From NCBI RefSeq assembly GCF_963921235.1, contig NC_086097.1:127970001-128034000 (forward strand): 64,000 nt of DNA. The letters are read 5' to 3'. Origin of the DNA: Mobula hypostoma (Eukaryota). Numbering within the stretch: the first letter of the stretch is position 1; each line of letters begins with the position of its first letter. Below the pieces are notes generated by a model that ran no database searches, was not told the origin of the DNA, and saw only the letters and a program-made list of their open reading frames with translations. A program made the position numbers and the translations under genes. Shown here one piece after another: positions 41,980 through 52,774 of this stretch.

Positions 41980-42230
41980 GAGATACACTGTGGAATAGGC
42001 CCTTCTGTTCTAGTGAGCTCTATCGACCATCAACCCAGCTATTTAACCCTAGCCAATTTACAATGACCAATTAACCTACTAACCGGTACAGATTGGAATG
42101 TGGGAGGAAACTAGAGCATATGGGGGAAACCAACGCACTCATAGGAAGGATGTACAAACTTCTTTCAGATAGCATCGGAATTGAACTTCGTTCTTTGACA
42201 CCTCCAGCTAACCATTACACTACCATGATG
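41980..42230 (-). mobile_element. HE1/V-SINE-like tRNA SINE, degenerate
   Basis: GTGGGAGGAAACTAGAGCA (reverse-complement V domain) and a decayed tRNA head at the right end. Confidence 0.55.
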
Positions 42231-42361
42231 CTCCATGAGCATTGATGATTGATGAACACTAAACCCGGAAGGTCTTGCTGGAATTTCATCGGGTAGCTTC
42301 CGGGCTTGAGGATAGATCAACCAGAAAGTTGGTGAATTTATCCAACATTCTGATAACCACT

Positions 42362-42575
42362 GGAGACACAAGAAACTGCATATGCTGGAATCTGGATGTT
42401 GAAGGAACTCAGCAGATCAGGCCACATCTGTAGAGGAAAATGGACAGTCAATGTTTCAGGTCAAGCCCCTTCTTGAGGGTTGAATCTCAACCCAAAATGT
42501 CGATTGTCCATTCCCTTCCAGTGATGCTGCCTGACCTGATAAATTTCACCAGTAGAAAATTTTCTAGTGTGTTGA
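42362..42575. repeat. Old degenerate palindromic PLE pseudo-LTR derivative
   Basis: AATGGACAGTCAATGTTTC is inverted against AAAATGTCGATTGTCCATT, with a PLE-type head. Confidence 0.65.
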
Positions 42576-42633
42576 TTCTGAGAGAATTAACAGTTGAACA
42601 TCTCCACAGACTGCAGAGTTTGGAACAAGGGGC

Positions 42634-43362
42634 TGATGTGATTGATCGAAGTCACTGAAGAGACACTGAAGCTGGTGATATAGAAGTCTTTATTCATCAC
42701 AACAAACAGGCATTTTCATAGAGACACTCTCAGTAGAGGCTCACAAAACCAAAACTACATCGCATTTTTATACCATTACGATCAAAGGTAATGGTAGGTG
42801 ATTCAATACAAATTCAATAGTTACAATGACATTGTTTATTTAAATACTTGGGATTGTCAAATGGTGCCATTGAGATATGCATTTGCAATGGAAGCACACT
42901 GCAATTGACAAGACACCTCTGAAGTTTCAAATGCCTTTGCTGAGAGAAAGTTTAATTAACACAAATATTCTAAAAACTTCTGAAGACAGAGAACCAGACA
43001 CCAGAGTGTACAATAGATTAGTACTGACTGCAACTATACCTGTGACTATGTTTGATATGTTAAATGACAACATCAGCCTGGGCTGCCAGCTTGAACTCAG
43101 TCACAATGGCGTAAATAACTTTGATATATTGCCTGGTTTAATGCAAGCCAATGAACACAACCCCATTGTCTTAAGATTTGGCTGATACATATGCACCTCT
43201 TAGTATGTAGGTCAGTTTAACTTCAATTTACAGCTTGCAATTTACAATAAGAATGGAAGGCTAATGGCAAGCTTCCTGAATGTATCTACATTTACGATAC
43301 AGACTGAAGTCTTGTTCTTCTCTTGAATTAATATCTTCTATATTCACGTAACTCTAGAATAT
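42634..43362 (-). repeat. ERV 3' LTR (its 5' edge and polypurine tract lost)
   Basis: About 85% identical by eye over the first ~125 nt to the LTR starting at 54397. The minus strand has AATAAA near 42690-42695. Confidence 0.85.
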
Positions 43363-43375
43363 GAGGATCTGATTA

Positions 43376-43455
43376 AGCACCACCTGCGATCTTATCCAGC
43401 TGGGAACAAACCCTGCCTTTTCAGGCAGCTCCTTTACCATTATTTGGTCTCCCAT
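43376..43455 (-). pseudogene. ERV integrase C-terminal (GPY/F-like) remnant
   Basis: Manual translation MGDQIMVKELPEKAGFVPSWIRSQVVL resembles GDxVxVK...PRWxGPxxVL. Confidence 0.6.
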
Positions 43456-43473
43456 TTATGGGGGGATTATGCT

Positions 43474-45998
43474 AAGAACATAAGATATAGGAGCAGAAAT
43501 AGGCCACTCAGCCCATCGAGTCTGCTCTGCCATTCAATCATGGGCTGATCCAATTCTTCAGTCATCTCCATTCCTCTGCCTTCTCCCCATACCCTTTGAT
43601 GCCCTGGCTAATTAATAACCTATCTATCTCTACCTTAAATACACCCTATGACTTGGCTTCCACAGCCGCTCATGGCAACAAATTCCTCAGATTTACCACC
43701 CTCTGACTAAAATAATTTCTCTGCATCTCAGTTCTAAATGGACGTCCTTAAATCCTGAAGTCGTGCCCTCTTGTCCTAGACTCCCCTACCATGGGAAATA
43801 ACTTTGCCATATCTAATCTGTTCAGGCCTTTTAACATTTGGAATGTTTCTATGGGATCTCCCCTCATTCTCCTGAACTCCAGGGAATACAGCCCAAGAGC
43901 TGCCAGACGTTCCTCATACGGTAACCCATTCATTCCTGGAATCATTCTCCGGAATCATTCTCCTGAATCCTCTCTGAATCCTCTCCAATATCAGTATATC
44001 CTTTCTAAAATAAGGAGCCCAAAACTGCACACAATACTCCAAGTGCCTCAACATCACATCCCTGCTCTTATATTCTATACCTCTAGAAATGAATGCCAAC
44101 ATTGCATTCGCCTTCTTCACCACCGACTCAACCTGGAGGTTAACCCTTAGGCTATCCTGATCAAGGGCTTCCAAGTCCTTTTGAATCTCTGCATTTTCAC
44201 TTCTCTCCCCATCTAAATAATAGTCTGCTTGTTATGGTTAGGCCACACTTAGATCCCCTCCAGTTTGCCTACCAGCCCTGACTAGGAGTTGAGGATGCCA
44301 TTGTCTACCTGCTGAACCGTGTCTACGCCCACCTGGACAAGCCAGCGAGCACTGTGAGGGTCATGTTTTTTGACTTCTCCAGTGCATTCAACACCATCTG
44401 CCCTGCTCTGCTGGGGGAGAAGCTGACAGCAATGCACGTGGATGCTTTCCTGGTGTTATGGATTCTTGATTACCTGACTGGCAGACCACAGTATGTGTGC
44501 TTGCAACACTGTGTGTCTGACAGAGTGATCAGCAGCACTGAGGCTCCACAGGGGACTGTCTTGTCTCCCTTTCTCTTCACCACTTACACCTCTGCACAGA
44601 GTCTTGTCATCTTCAGAAGTTTTCTGATGACTCTACCATAGTTGGATGCATCAGCAAGGGAGATGAGGCTGAGTACAGGGCTATGGTAGGAAACTTTGTC
44701 ACATGGTGTGAGCAGAATTATCTGCAGCTTAATGTGAAAAAGACTAAGGAGCTGGTGGTAGACCGGAGGAGGGCTAAGGCACCGGTGACCCCTGTTTTCA
44801 TCCAGGGGGTCAGTGTGGACATGGTGGAGGATTACAAATACCTGGGAATACAAATTGACAATAAACTGGACTGGTCAAAGAACACTGAGGCTGTCTACAA
44901 GAAGGGTCAGAGCAGAGCTGTCTCTATTTCCTGAGGAGACTGAGGTCCTTTAACATCTGTCGGACAATGCTGAGGATGTTCTACGAGTCTGTGGTGGCCA
45001 GTGCGATCATGTTTGCTGTTGTGTGCTGGGGCAGCAGGCTGAGGGTAGCAGACACCAACAGAATCAACAAACTCATTCGTAAGGCTGATGTTGTGGGGAT
45101 GGAACTGGACTCTCTGACGGTGGTGTCTGAAAAGAGGATGCTGGCCAAGTTGCATGCCATCTTGGTCAATGTCTCCCATCCACTACATAATGTACTGGGT
45201 GGGCACAGGAGTACATTCAGCCAGAGACTCATTCCACCGAGATGCAGCACAGAGCGTCATAGGAAGTCATTCCTGCCTGTGACCATCAAACTTTACAACT
45301 CCTCCCTTGGAGGGTCAGACATCCTGAGCCAATAGACTGGTCCTGGACTTATTTCCTGGCATAATTTACATATTACTATTTAATTATTTATGGTTTTATT
45401 ACTAATTAATTATTTATATAATTTCCAGCTGTAATGAAAACCAATTTCCCTCGGGATCAATAAAGTATGACTACGTCTATGACTATGACTATTTCTAACA
45501 CCAAAGTGCATGACCATACACTTTCTAACATTGTATTTCATTTGCCACTTCTTTGCCCATTCCCCTAAACTATCTGCAGGCTCTGTTTCCTCAACACTAC
45601 CCGCTCCTCCACCTATCTTTGCATCATCGGCAAATTTAGCCACAAATCCATTAATCCCATAGTGCAAATCATTGACATACATCATGAAAAGCAATGGTCC
45701 CAACAGTGACCCCTGTGGAACTCCACTGGTAACCAGCAGCCAGCCAGAATAGGATCCCTTTATTCCCACTCTTGGTTTTCTGCTGACCAGCCAATGCTCC
45801 ACCCACGCTAGTAACTCTCCTGTAATTCTACGGGCTCTTATCTTGCTAAGCAGCCTCACGTGCGGCACCTTGTCAAAGGCCTTCTGAAAATCCAAGTACA
45901 CCACATCTACTGCATCTCCTTTGTCTACCCTGCTTGTAATTTCCTCAAAAAATTGCAGTAGCTTAGTCAGGCAGGACTTTCTTTTCAGGAAACCATGC
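43474..45998 (-). mobile_element. 5'-truncated CR1 inserted in the ERV integrase, itself split by a Rex-like LINE
   Basis: RT fragments at 43748-44174 and 45490-45998. ATGCT occurs at both junctions. Confidence 0.88.
44233..45491 (+). mobile_element. 5'-truncated Rex1/Babar LINE
   Basis: [35 protein letters not shown] and a (TATGAC)n tail. Confidence 0.9.
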
Positions 45999-46063
45999 TC
46001 TCCCCATGGTTCTCGCCATTCAGGAATGTATTGCTGTAGTTTTGCTTGGTCCTTCAAAACTTA

Positions 46064-46289
46064 GTGTTGGGCACATGGCCAAGTGATTAAGGCATTTGTC
46101 TAGTGATCTCAAGGTCGCTAGTTCGAACCTCAGCTGTGTCAGCGTGTTTGTGCCCTTGAGCAAGGCACTTAATCACATTGCTCTAGTCTGTGCGAGGAGT
46201 GGCGCCCCACACAGACTTCCAATCTGCGCCTTGTAAGACATGAAAATACCCGACGCAGGCTTCTCATGGTCTGAGTCAACATTCCCTCC
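46064..46289 (+). mobile_element. tRNA-derived SINE with a 13-bp TSD
   Basis: A box TGGCCAAGTG, B box GTTCGAACC, CORE-like CCTTGAGCAAGGCACTTAA. TSD CCTTCAAAACTTA / CCTTCAACACTTA. Confidence 0.8.
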
Positions 46290-46302
46290 CCTTCAACACT
46301 TA

Positions 46303-46790
46303 AAGTTGGTTACAGAGGTCCTTTACATACTGGCTCATTTTATCCTTATAGGTTTCAGGTTCACTGCAACCTATGAATTGCTCGGTCCTTCAGTAATTCA
46401 GTAATTCATAGCTAAAAATCAATATGCAGTTTGGGATTACTCACAATCTGGCAGTACATCAACCTATTTTTTTTCTGCCTCTGTTATACCTTGACCTAAA
46501 GCCGTTTTGACTGTTCAGTTCATTCGTTCTACCATTCCTGAGCTCTGAGGGTGGCAGGATACGCAGAATCATTGTCAAATCCCCAGCAACTTGCACATTT
46601 CCTTCAGCAGTTTCCCTGTGAAATGTGCTTCCCAATCCAAGTGCACCTGAGCTGGGGTTCCCCACCTGGGAAGGATTTCATGAGCTAAAAATCTGTGCTG
46701 CTGTGCTGGTTTTCTTTGGGAAAGCCTCTACCCACCGGGTGAAGCGATCTATGATCCAGTGATCAGACAGTAGCTTTTCCCCTGATTTTT
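46303..46790 (-). pseudogene. ERV integrase catalytic core remnant
   Basis: Manual translation gives IDRFTRWVEAFP (about 46717-46752), EILPRWGTP (about 46653-46679), HFTG and HPQSSGMVERMN (about 46518-46553), with stops and frameshifts. Confidence 0.88.
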
Positions 46791-46965
46791 GACAGGGGCT
46801 GATCTTAAATTCCTGATGCTGTAGTACTTTCAAAACACTCACTATTGCCCCACAGTGTCCTACTTCATCCTCAAAAGTGACTAAAAAAACATCTGCATAC
46901 TGTAAAATTGTACTATGGTATCATGGTTCAAGTCAAGCTTGCTCAAGGTCTGTGCCATGACTTTA
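46791..46965 (-). pseudogene. ERV reverse transcriptase fragment (YxDD region)
   Basis: VMAQTLSKLDL...LQYADVFLVTFEDEVGH...VLKVLQHQEFKISP, a decayed LQYVDD-type motif. Confidence 0.65.
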
Positions 46966-48760
46966 TCTCATAGCTGTGGTATATTCACTCTGTGTATTCC
47001 ATGGCAGGTTCTTTGGCCTTCTGAACAATTGACATTATCACTTGCCAGTCACTCTCTCCTCCTCCAAGTCACAGCTTCACTTCTTCCTTAAAATTCCAAT
47101 ATCTTTCTTCATTGCTGGCATTCCCATGTTCCAACCTGCACCCTTGGGGTCATACTGTCCCATATATTTCTTAGGCATTTAGATTTAGCCAATATGTTTA
47201 TGCCTTTGGGATGCATCTGGTGGCATCGATCATTTCTTCAAACTTTCGGCAAAATTCTGCATTGCTGCAGGCAACTCTAAGTGGGAGCAGTTCGGATAGA
47301 ATGCTTTGATTTTCCTTGAGGGTGGATGGCCAGTGAATGGTGGTGATGACTGTGAGAATCTGGCTGGGAGCACTGGAGTTCTGAGCCTGTCATTGCCTGG
47401 TCTCGACTGCTGCTATTCTGACAGGCAGTACTGGGTATAATCTCTCCTGTTTGTGGGCACTTTCCCACCTGCAACTCCCTGCTCCAGTGCTTCCCAATTC
47501 ACCACATCACCCACCTCTGTCACAGCCACGGATTTGGCAGCGCAGCAGATATGGCAATTGCGCTCGTGGATATGCACATGTTAGCTAATTATTATTTCAT
47601 TGTGATGGTATTTAACTCCATTCTTTTCATCGTAGTGCTTATGGAGACTTGAGCAAAGCACAGCAAAGTTTCGCTGCCTGCTTGCATTCAACCTAGCCTG
47701 AGAAATTGAACTGTCAAGTCAACTGACTCTGAAGACTAGCGGTATTTGTTTTATATTTAGTTATTCCTTTCAGCCGCATTGTTGGCTTTGTTGCCCATTT
47801 AAGAGTTTTAGTTAATGGCCCTGTTTGGCTAACATTTATTGTTTTCTTTTCCCTCTAGCCCTGTTCGCATTAAAATCTATGAACTATCCACTCACTTCAG
47901 TACCTTTCGCTCTGCACTTGGGCCATATCTAAATGTCATGACATCCTCAGCAATTATTCCCATGGCTACTTCCCAGTGAGTACCCACCTGCTGGACCTTG
48001 TCCTATTTACCTCTCAGTCTGCCCAGATCCCTGACTAATCCATTCTCTTATTGTTCTAATTGTTCTGCCTGTTTGTTTTCACACCACATCTCTCTCTCTC
48101 TCTGTAACTGTTCTAACTGTTCCTTCAATCTGTCCAGCTCTACTTGCACCCTGTCTTGCTATTCCCTGTATTCATCCCCTTCCTTCTGTAGCTCTACTAT
48201 TTGTACACTATGTAATTCCAGGCACTTTGTTCTCTCTTGCAAATGTACATGATGTAGAATGACTGCTGCTTTATCTTCCTTCCTCTTTGACTGGCTTTTC
48301 CACCACTATCAATGTTCCTCCAGGCTCCAGCTCTTAACCCACCCAGCCTTGTCCATTCCCTGTTCAACCTTCTCAAATTTATGGAGTTATATTCTGTGAG
48401 TTCTCCCTTCTTCATAATTGAGCTCGTGACATTGCTGTGTCCCTTTTACATGGGAATTTAATATTTCTGCACTCTCACCTGTCTTAGGTGTTGATTTTCA
48501 AGTTTTCCCCACATGCAAGCGCCCCAAAAGTGTATACATGCACCCTCCGACATCCCAAATGGTGCCTCCACTTCACCCAATTGTTCTCTGTAACCACACT
48601 GCACATATTCTGTTGCCCATTGAATGAGTGTACATGCACCCTCTGACATCCTGGATGGCCAGTAACCTCCTTTCACAAATAGTGGCTCTGTTTTTGGCAA
48701 ACTACCCTGCGCTATCTGTAGCTCGTTCCATACACATAACATGGAAACATACCCACAACA
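46966..48760 (-). pseudogene. ERV gag-like remnant, interrupted by a solo LTR
   Basis: IVQKAKEPAMEYTE*IY (about 46980-47030) resembles the capsid major homology region (MHR). A purine-rich coiled-coil-like stretch lies at about 48000-48420, positioned between the PBS and pol. Confidence 0.55.
47518..47943 (+). mobile_element. Solo LTR of another family
   Basis: TGTCA...TGACA termini, flanks ACCTC / TCCTC, and ATTAAA near 47869. The gag frame reads through once it is removed. Confidence 0.75.
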
Positions 48761-49394
48761 GAATTGGGTTTAATATCACCTGCATATGTCGTGAAGGTTG
48801 TTAACTTAGTAGCAGCAGTGCAATGCAAGACATGATAAATATAGAAACAAATAAGTAGATCAACTACAGTAAGTATAGAAAAGTATATTAAATAGTTAAA
48901 TTAAAAATAGTGCAAAAACAAAAATAATAGAAGAAGTGAGTTAGTGTTCATTGGTTCAATTTCCATTTAGGAATCGGATGACGGGGGAAAGAAGCGGTTT
49001 CTAAATCGCTGAGTGTGTGCCTTCAGGCTTCTGTACCTCCTACTTGATGGTAACAATGAGAAGAGGTCATGCCCTGGGTGATGGGGGGTGTTCCTTAATA
49101 CTGGACACCACCTTTTGGAGGCACCAATCCTTAAAAATGTCTTGAATACAATGGAGGCTGGTACCCATGACAGAGCTGACTAATGTTACAAGTTTCTGCA
49201 ACTTATTTTGATTCTGTGCAGTAGCCCCCTCCCCCATAACAGATGGTGATGCAGCCAGTCAGAATGCTCTCTACGCTACATTTGTAGAAGTTTACGTAAA
49301 CATGAGGAATTCTGCAGATGCTGGAAATTCAAGCAACACACATCAAAGTTGCTGGTGAACGCAGCAGTCCAGGCAGCATCTCTAGGAAAAGGTA

Positions 49395-49432
49395 CAGTCG
49401 ACGTTTCGGGCCAAGACCCTTCGTCAGGACTA
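49395..49432 (-). ncRNA. Minimal type I hammerhead ribozyme motif, intact
   Basis: Minus strand reads tagtc-CTGACGA-a-gggt-cttg-gccc-GAAA-c-GTC-gactg. Stem I is uaguc/gacug, stem II is 4 bp, and stem III is the palindrome ACGU. Confidence 0.75.
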
Positions 49433-49722
49433 ACTGAAGGAAGAGTTAGTAAGAGATTTGAAAGTGGGAGGGGGAGGGGGAGATCCAAAATGACAGGAGA
49501 AGACAGGAGGGGGAGGGATGGAGCCAAGAGCTGGACAGGTGATTGGTAAAAGGGATATGAGAGGATCATGGGACAGGAGGAACAGGGAGAAGGAAAAGGG
49601 TGAGGGTGGGAAAAGAAACCCCAGAGGATGGGCAAAGGGTATAGTCAGAGGGACAGAGGGAGAAAAAGGAGAGAGATAGAAAGAACCTGTTTTCTGCAGG
49701 GATCGCTCCCTACGCGACTCCC

Positions 49723-50184
49723 TTGTCCATTCGTCCCCCCCCATCCCTCCTCACTGATATCCCTCCTGGCACTTATCCTTGTAAGCGGAACAAGTGCTAC
49801 ACATGCCCTTACACTTCCTCCCTTACCACCATTCAGGGCCCCAGACAGTCCTTCCAGGTGAGGCGACACTTCACCAGTGAGTCGGCTGGGGTGATATACT
49901 GCGTCCGGTGCTCCCGATGTGGCCTTCTATATATTGGCGAGACCCGACGCAGGCTGGGAGAACGTTTTGCTGAACACCTACGCACTGTCCACCAGAGAAA
50001 GCAGGATCTCCCAGTGGCCACACATTTTAATTCCACATCCCATTCCCATTCTGATATGTCTATCCACAGCCTCCTCTACTGTAAAGATAAAGCCACACTC
50101 AGGTTGGAGGAACAACACCTTATATTCCGTCTGGGTAGCCTCCAACCTGATGGCATGAACATTGACTTCTCTAACTTCCGCTAA
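49723..50184 (+). pseudogene. PLE GIY-YIG endonuclease domain (C-terminal part of the PLE ORF)
   Basis: CKRNKCYTC...GVIYCVRCSRCGLLYIGETRRRLGERFAEH...VATHF...LEEQHLIFRLGSLQPDGMN, open to the natural stop. The N-terminal RT is absent. Confidence 0.9.
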
Positions 50185-50494
50185 TGCCCCTCCTCCCCCT
50201 TGTACCCCATCCGTTATTTATTTACATACACACATTCTTTCTCTCTCTCTCTCTCTCTCTCTCTCCTTTTTCTCCCTCTGTCCCTCTGACTATACCCCTT
50301 GCCCATCCTCTGGGTTTCCCCCCTCTCCCTTTTCCTTCTTCCTGTTCCTCCTGTCCCATGATCCTCTCATATCCCTTTTGCCTATCACCTGTCCAGCTCT
50401 TGGCTCCATCCCTCCCCCTCCTGTCTTCTCCTATCATTTTGGATCTCCCCCTCCCCCTCCCACTTTCAAATCCCTTACTAGCTCTTCCTTCAGT

Positions 50495-50532
50495 TAGTCC
50501 TGACGAAGGGTCTCGGCCCGAAATGTCGACTG
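50495..50532 (+). ncRNA. Minimal type I hammerhead ribozyme motif
   Basis: tagtc-CTGACGA-a-gggtctcggccc-GAAA-t-GTC-gactg, with a C>T change in stem III. Confidence 0.68.
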
Positions 50533-50647
50533 TACCTCTTCCTAGAGATGCTGCCTGGCCTGCTGCGTTCACCAGCAACTTTGATGTGTGTAGAAGTTTT
50601 CGAGTGTTTTCACTGACAAACCAAATCTCCTCAGACTCCTAATGATG

Positions 50648-50790
50648 TGTCCCACTTTCAAATCTCTTACTATGTCTTCTTTCAGTTAGTCCTGACGAAG
50701 GGTCTCGGCCTGAAACGTCGACTGTGCTTATTCCTATGGATGCTGTCTGGCCTGCTGCATTCCGCCAGCATTTTGTGTGTGTTGCATGAA
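50648..50790 (+). mobile_element. Second PLE pseudo-LTR fragment (different subfamily)
   Basis: Similar to 50459-50588 but with a distinct downstream sequence (GTGCTTATTCCTATGGATGC...). Confidence 0.8.
50687..50724 (+). ncRNA. Minimal type I hammerhead ribozyme motif
   Basis: tagtc-CTGACGA-a-gggtctcggcct-GAAA-c-GTC-gactg. Confidence 0.7.
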
Positions 50791-51131
50791 ATGTAGTCGC
50801 TGTCTTGCCTTCTTTATTCAACATTTTGTGTCCAGGTTAAGTAAGGCCAGTCCTCAGAGATGTTGACACCCAGGAACTTGAAATTGCTCTACTCTCTCCA
50901 CTCTGATCCTTCTGTGAGGATTATGTTCCTTCATCTTACCCTTCATGAACTCCACAATCGGCTCTTTTGTCTGACTGACGTTGAGTGCATGGTTGTTGCT
51001 GCGACAGTACTTAATTAGCGGGTATGTCTTGCTCCTGTGCACCCTCTCATTTCCATCTGAGATTTTACCAACAATGGTTGTATTATCAGTAAATTTATAG
51101 ATGGCATTTGAGCTATACCCAGCCACACAGT

Positions 51132-51280
51132 CCATAAGACCATAAGATATGGGAGCAGAAGTTGGCTATTCGGCTTATTGAGTCTGCTCCGCCATTCAAT
51201 CATGGGCTGATCCAATTCTTCCAGTCATCCCCACTCCCCTGCCTTCTCCCTATAGCCTTTGATGCTCTAGCTAATCAAGT
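51132..51280 (-). mobile_element. CR1 3'-end fragment
   Basis: (CCATAAGA)2 tail and CR1 3' UTR. Confidence 0.8.
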
Positions 51281-51967
51281 ATAGAGGGTGTAGAGCAGTG
51301 GGATAAGCGCGTCAATGTCGATCATTAGCAAGGAGAAGATACTATTACCGATCCGCACAGATTGTGGTCTTCCGGTTAGGAAGTCGAGGATCCAATTGCA
51401 GAGGGAGGTATGAAGCCCAGGTTCTCTGTTGCTTACTAATCAGGACTGTGGGAATGATGAGCTATAGACAATGAATAGCATCCTGACATCGGTGTTTGTA
51501 TTGACCAGCTGATCTAAGTCTGTGTGAAGAGCCACTGAGATTGCACCTGCCATTGATCTATTGTAGCAACACATTGCAGTGGGTCCAGGTCCTTGCTGAG
51601 GCAAGAGTTGACTCTAGTCATAGCCAACCTCTCAAAGCGTTTCATCACTGTAGATGTGAGCAATGACTAGAGGAAAGTTATTAAGGCAACTCACACTACT
51701 CGTCTTGGGCACTGGTATAATTGCTGTCCTTTTGAAGGAGATGGGAACTTCCAACTGTAGCAGTGAGAGACTGAAAATGTCCTTGAATACTCCCACCAGT
51801 TGGTTGGCACAAGTTTTCAGAGCTTTACCAAGTACTTCATCAGGGCCTCTGCCTTGCGAAGGTTCATCTTCTTTAAAAGCAGCCTAACATCGGCCTCCGA
51901 GACAGAGATCACAAGGTCACTGGGAGCAGCAGTATTTCTTTACTGTTGAAGTAGCCCTCTGCAAGTC

Positions 51968-52322
51968 CATAAGACCATAAGACAAAGGAGCAGAAGTCGG
52001 CCATTCGGCCCATCGAGTCTGCTCCGCCATTTTATCATGAGCTGATCCATTCTCCCATTTAGTCCCACTCCCCTGCCTTCTCACCATAACCTTTGATGCC
52101 CTGGCTACTCAGATACCTATCAATCTCTGCCTTAAATACACCCAATGACTTGGCCTCCACTGCTGTCTGTGGCAACAAATTCCATAGATTCACCACCCTC
52201 TGACTAAAAAAATTTCTTTGCATTTCTGTTCTGAATGGGCGCCCTTCAACCCTTAAGTCATGCCCTCTCGTACTAGACTCCCCCATCATGGGAAACAACT
52301 TTGCCACATCCTCTCTGTCCAA
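51968..52322 (-). mobile_element. CR1 3'-end fragment
   Basis: (CCATAAGA)2 tail and the motif RNFFSQRVVNLWNLLP. Confidence 0.88.
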
Positions 52323-52774
52323 GTCATACCTGGTTTTCTTGTACAGACAGACCTGGGTCACCGGACATAAATGCCACATATCTAACCCTCAGCTGATGAC
52401 GAACGCCCTGGTTCATCCATGGCTTTTGGTTTGGGAATGTACAGCAAGTATTCGTAGGCACACACTCACCCAGACAGGTTTTAATGAAGCTGGTAAACAA
52501 CTGCAGCATACTGATCCAGATTCGAAGATGAATCTCTGAATACAGTCTAATCCATTGAGTCAAAGCAGTCCTGTAGGTGCTCCTGTGTTTCCCTTGACTA
52601 TACCTTCTTGGTCTTCACTACTGGCGCTGCAGTCTTCAATCTCTGCCTATTATCACAGAGTAGAAGTACAGCCAGGTGATCAGACTTCCTGAAGTGAGGA
52701 CATGGAATTTCACGATAAATACTCTTGATGGTGGTCCAGTGTGTTGTTTCCTCTGGTACTACAAGTGTTCACAG

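Larger units (their letters stand above)
49297..50588 (+). mobile_element. 5'-truncated PLE with an inverted 5' pseudo-LTR
   Basis: About 49339-49680 is the reverse complement of about 50255-50588, with a GIY-YIG ORF between them. TSD TGTAGAAGTTT at 49283-49293 and 50589-50599. Confidence 0.92.

Noticed and set aside
46064..46135. tRNA-like sequence with A and B boxes
   Set aside because: It is the head of a TSD-flanked SINE, not a tRNA gene.
48530..48650. Short direct repeat (TACATGCACCCTCyGACATCC twice)
   Set aside because: Only two units, inside the ERV gag region. It is not an array and not CRISPR-like.
49276..50642. Pro/Leu-rich and Gly/Arg-rich ORFs on both strands
   Set aside because: They derive from the low-complexity inverted PLE pseudo-LTRs.
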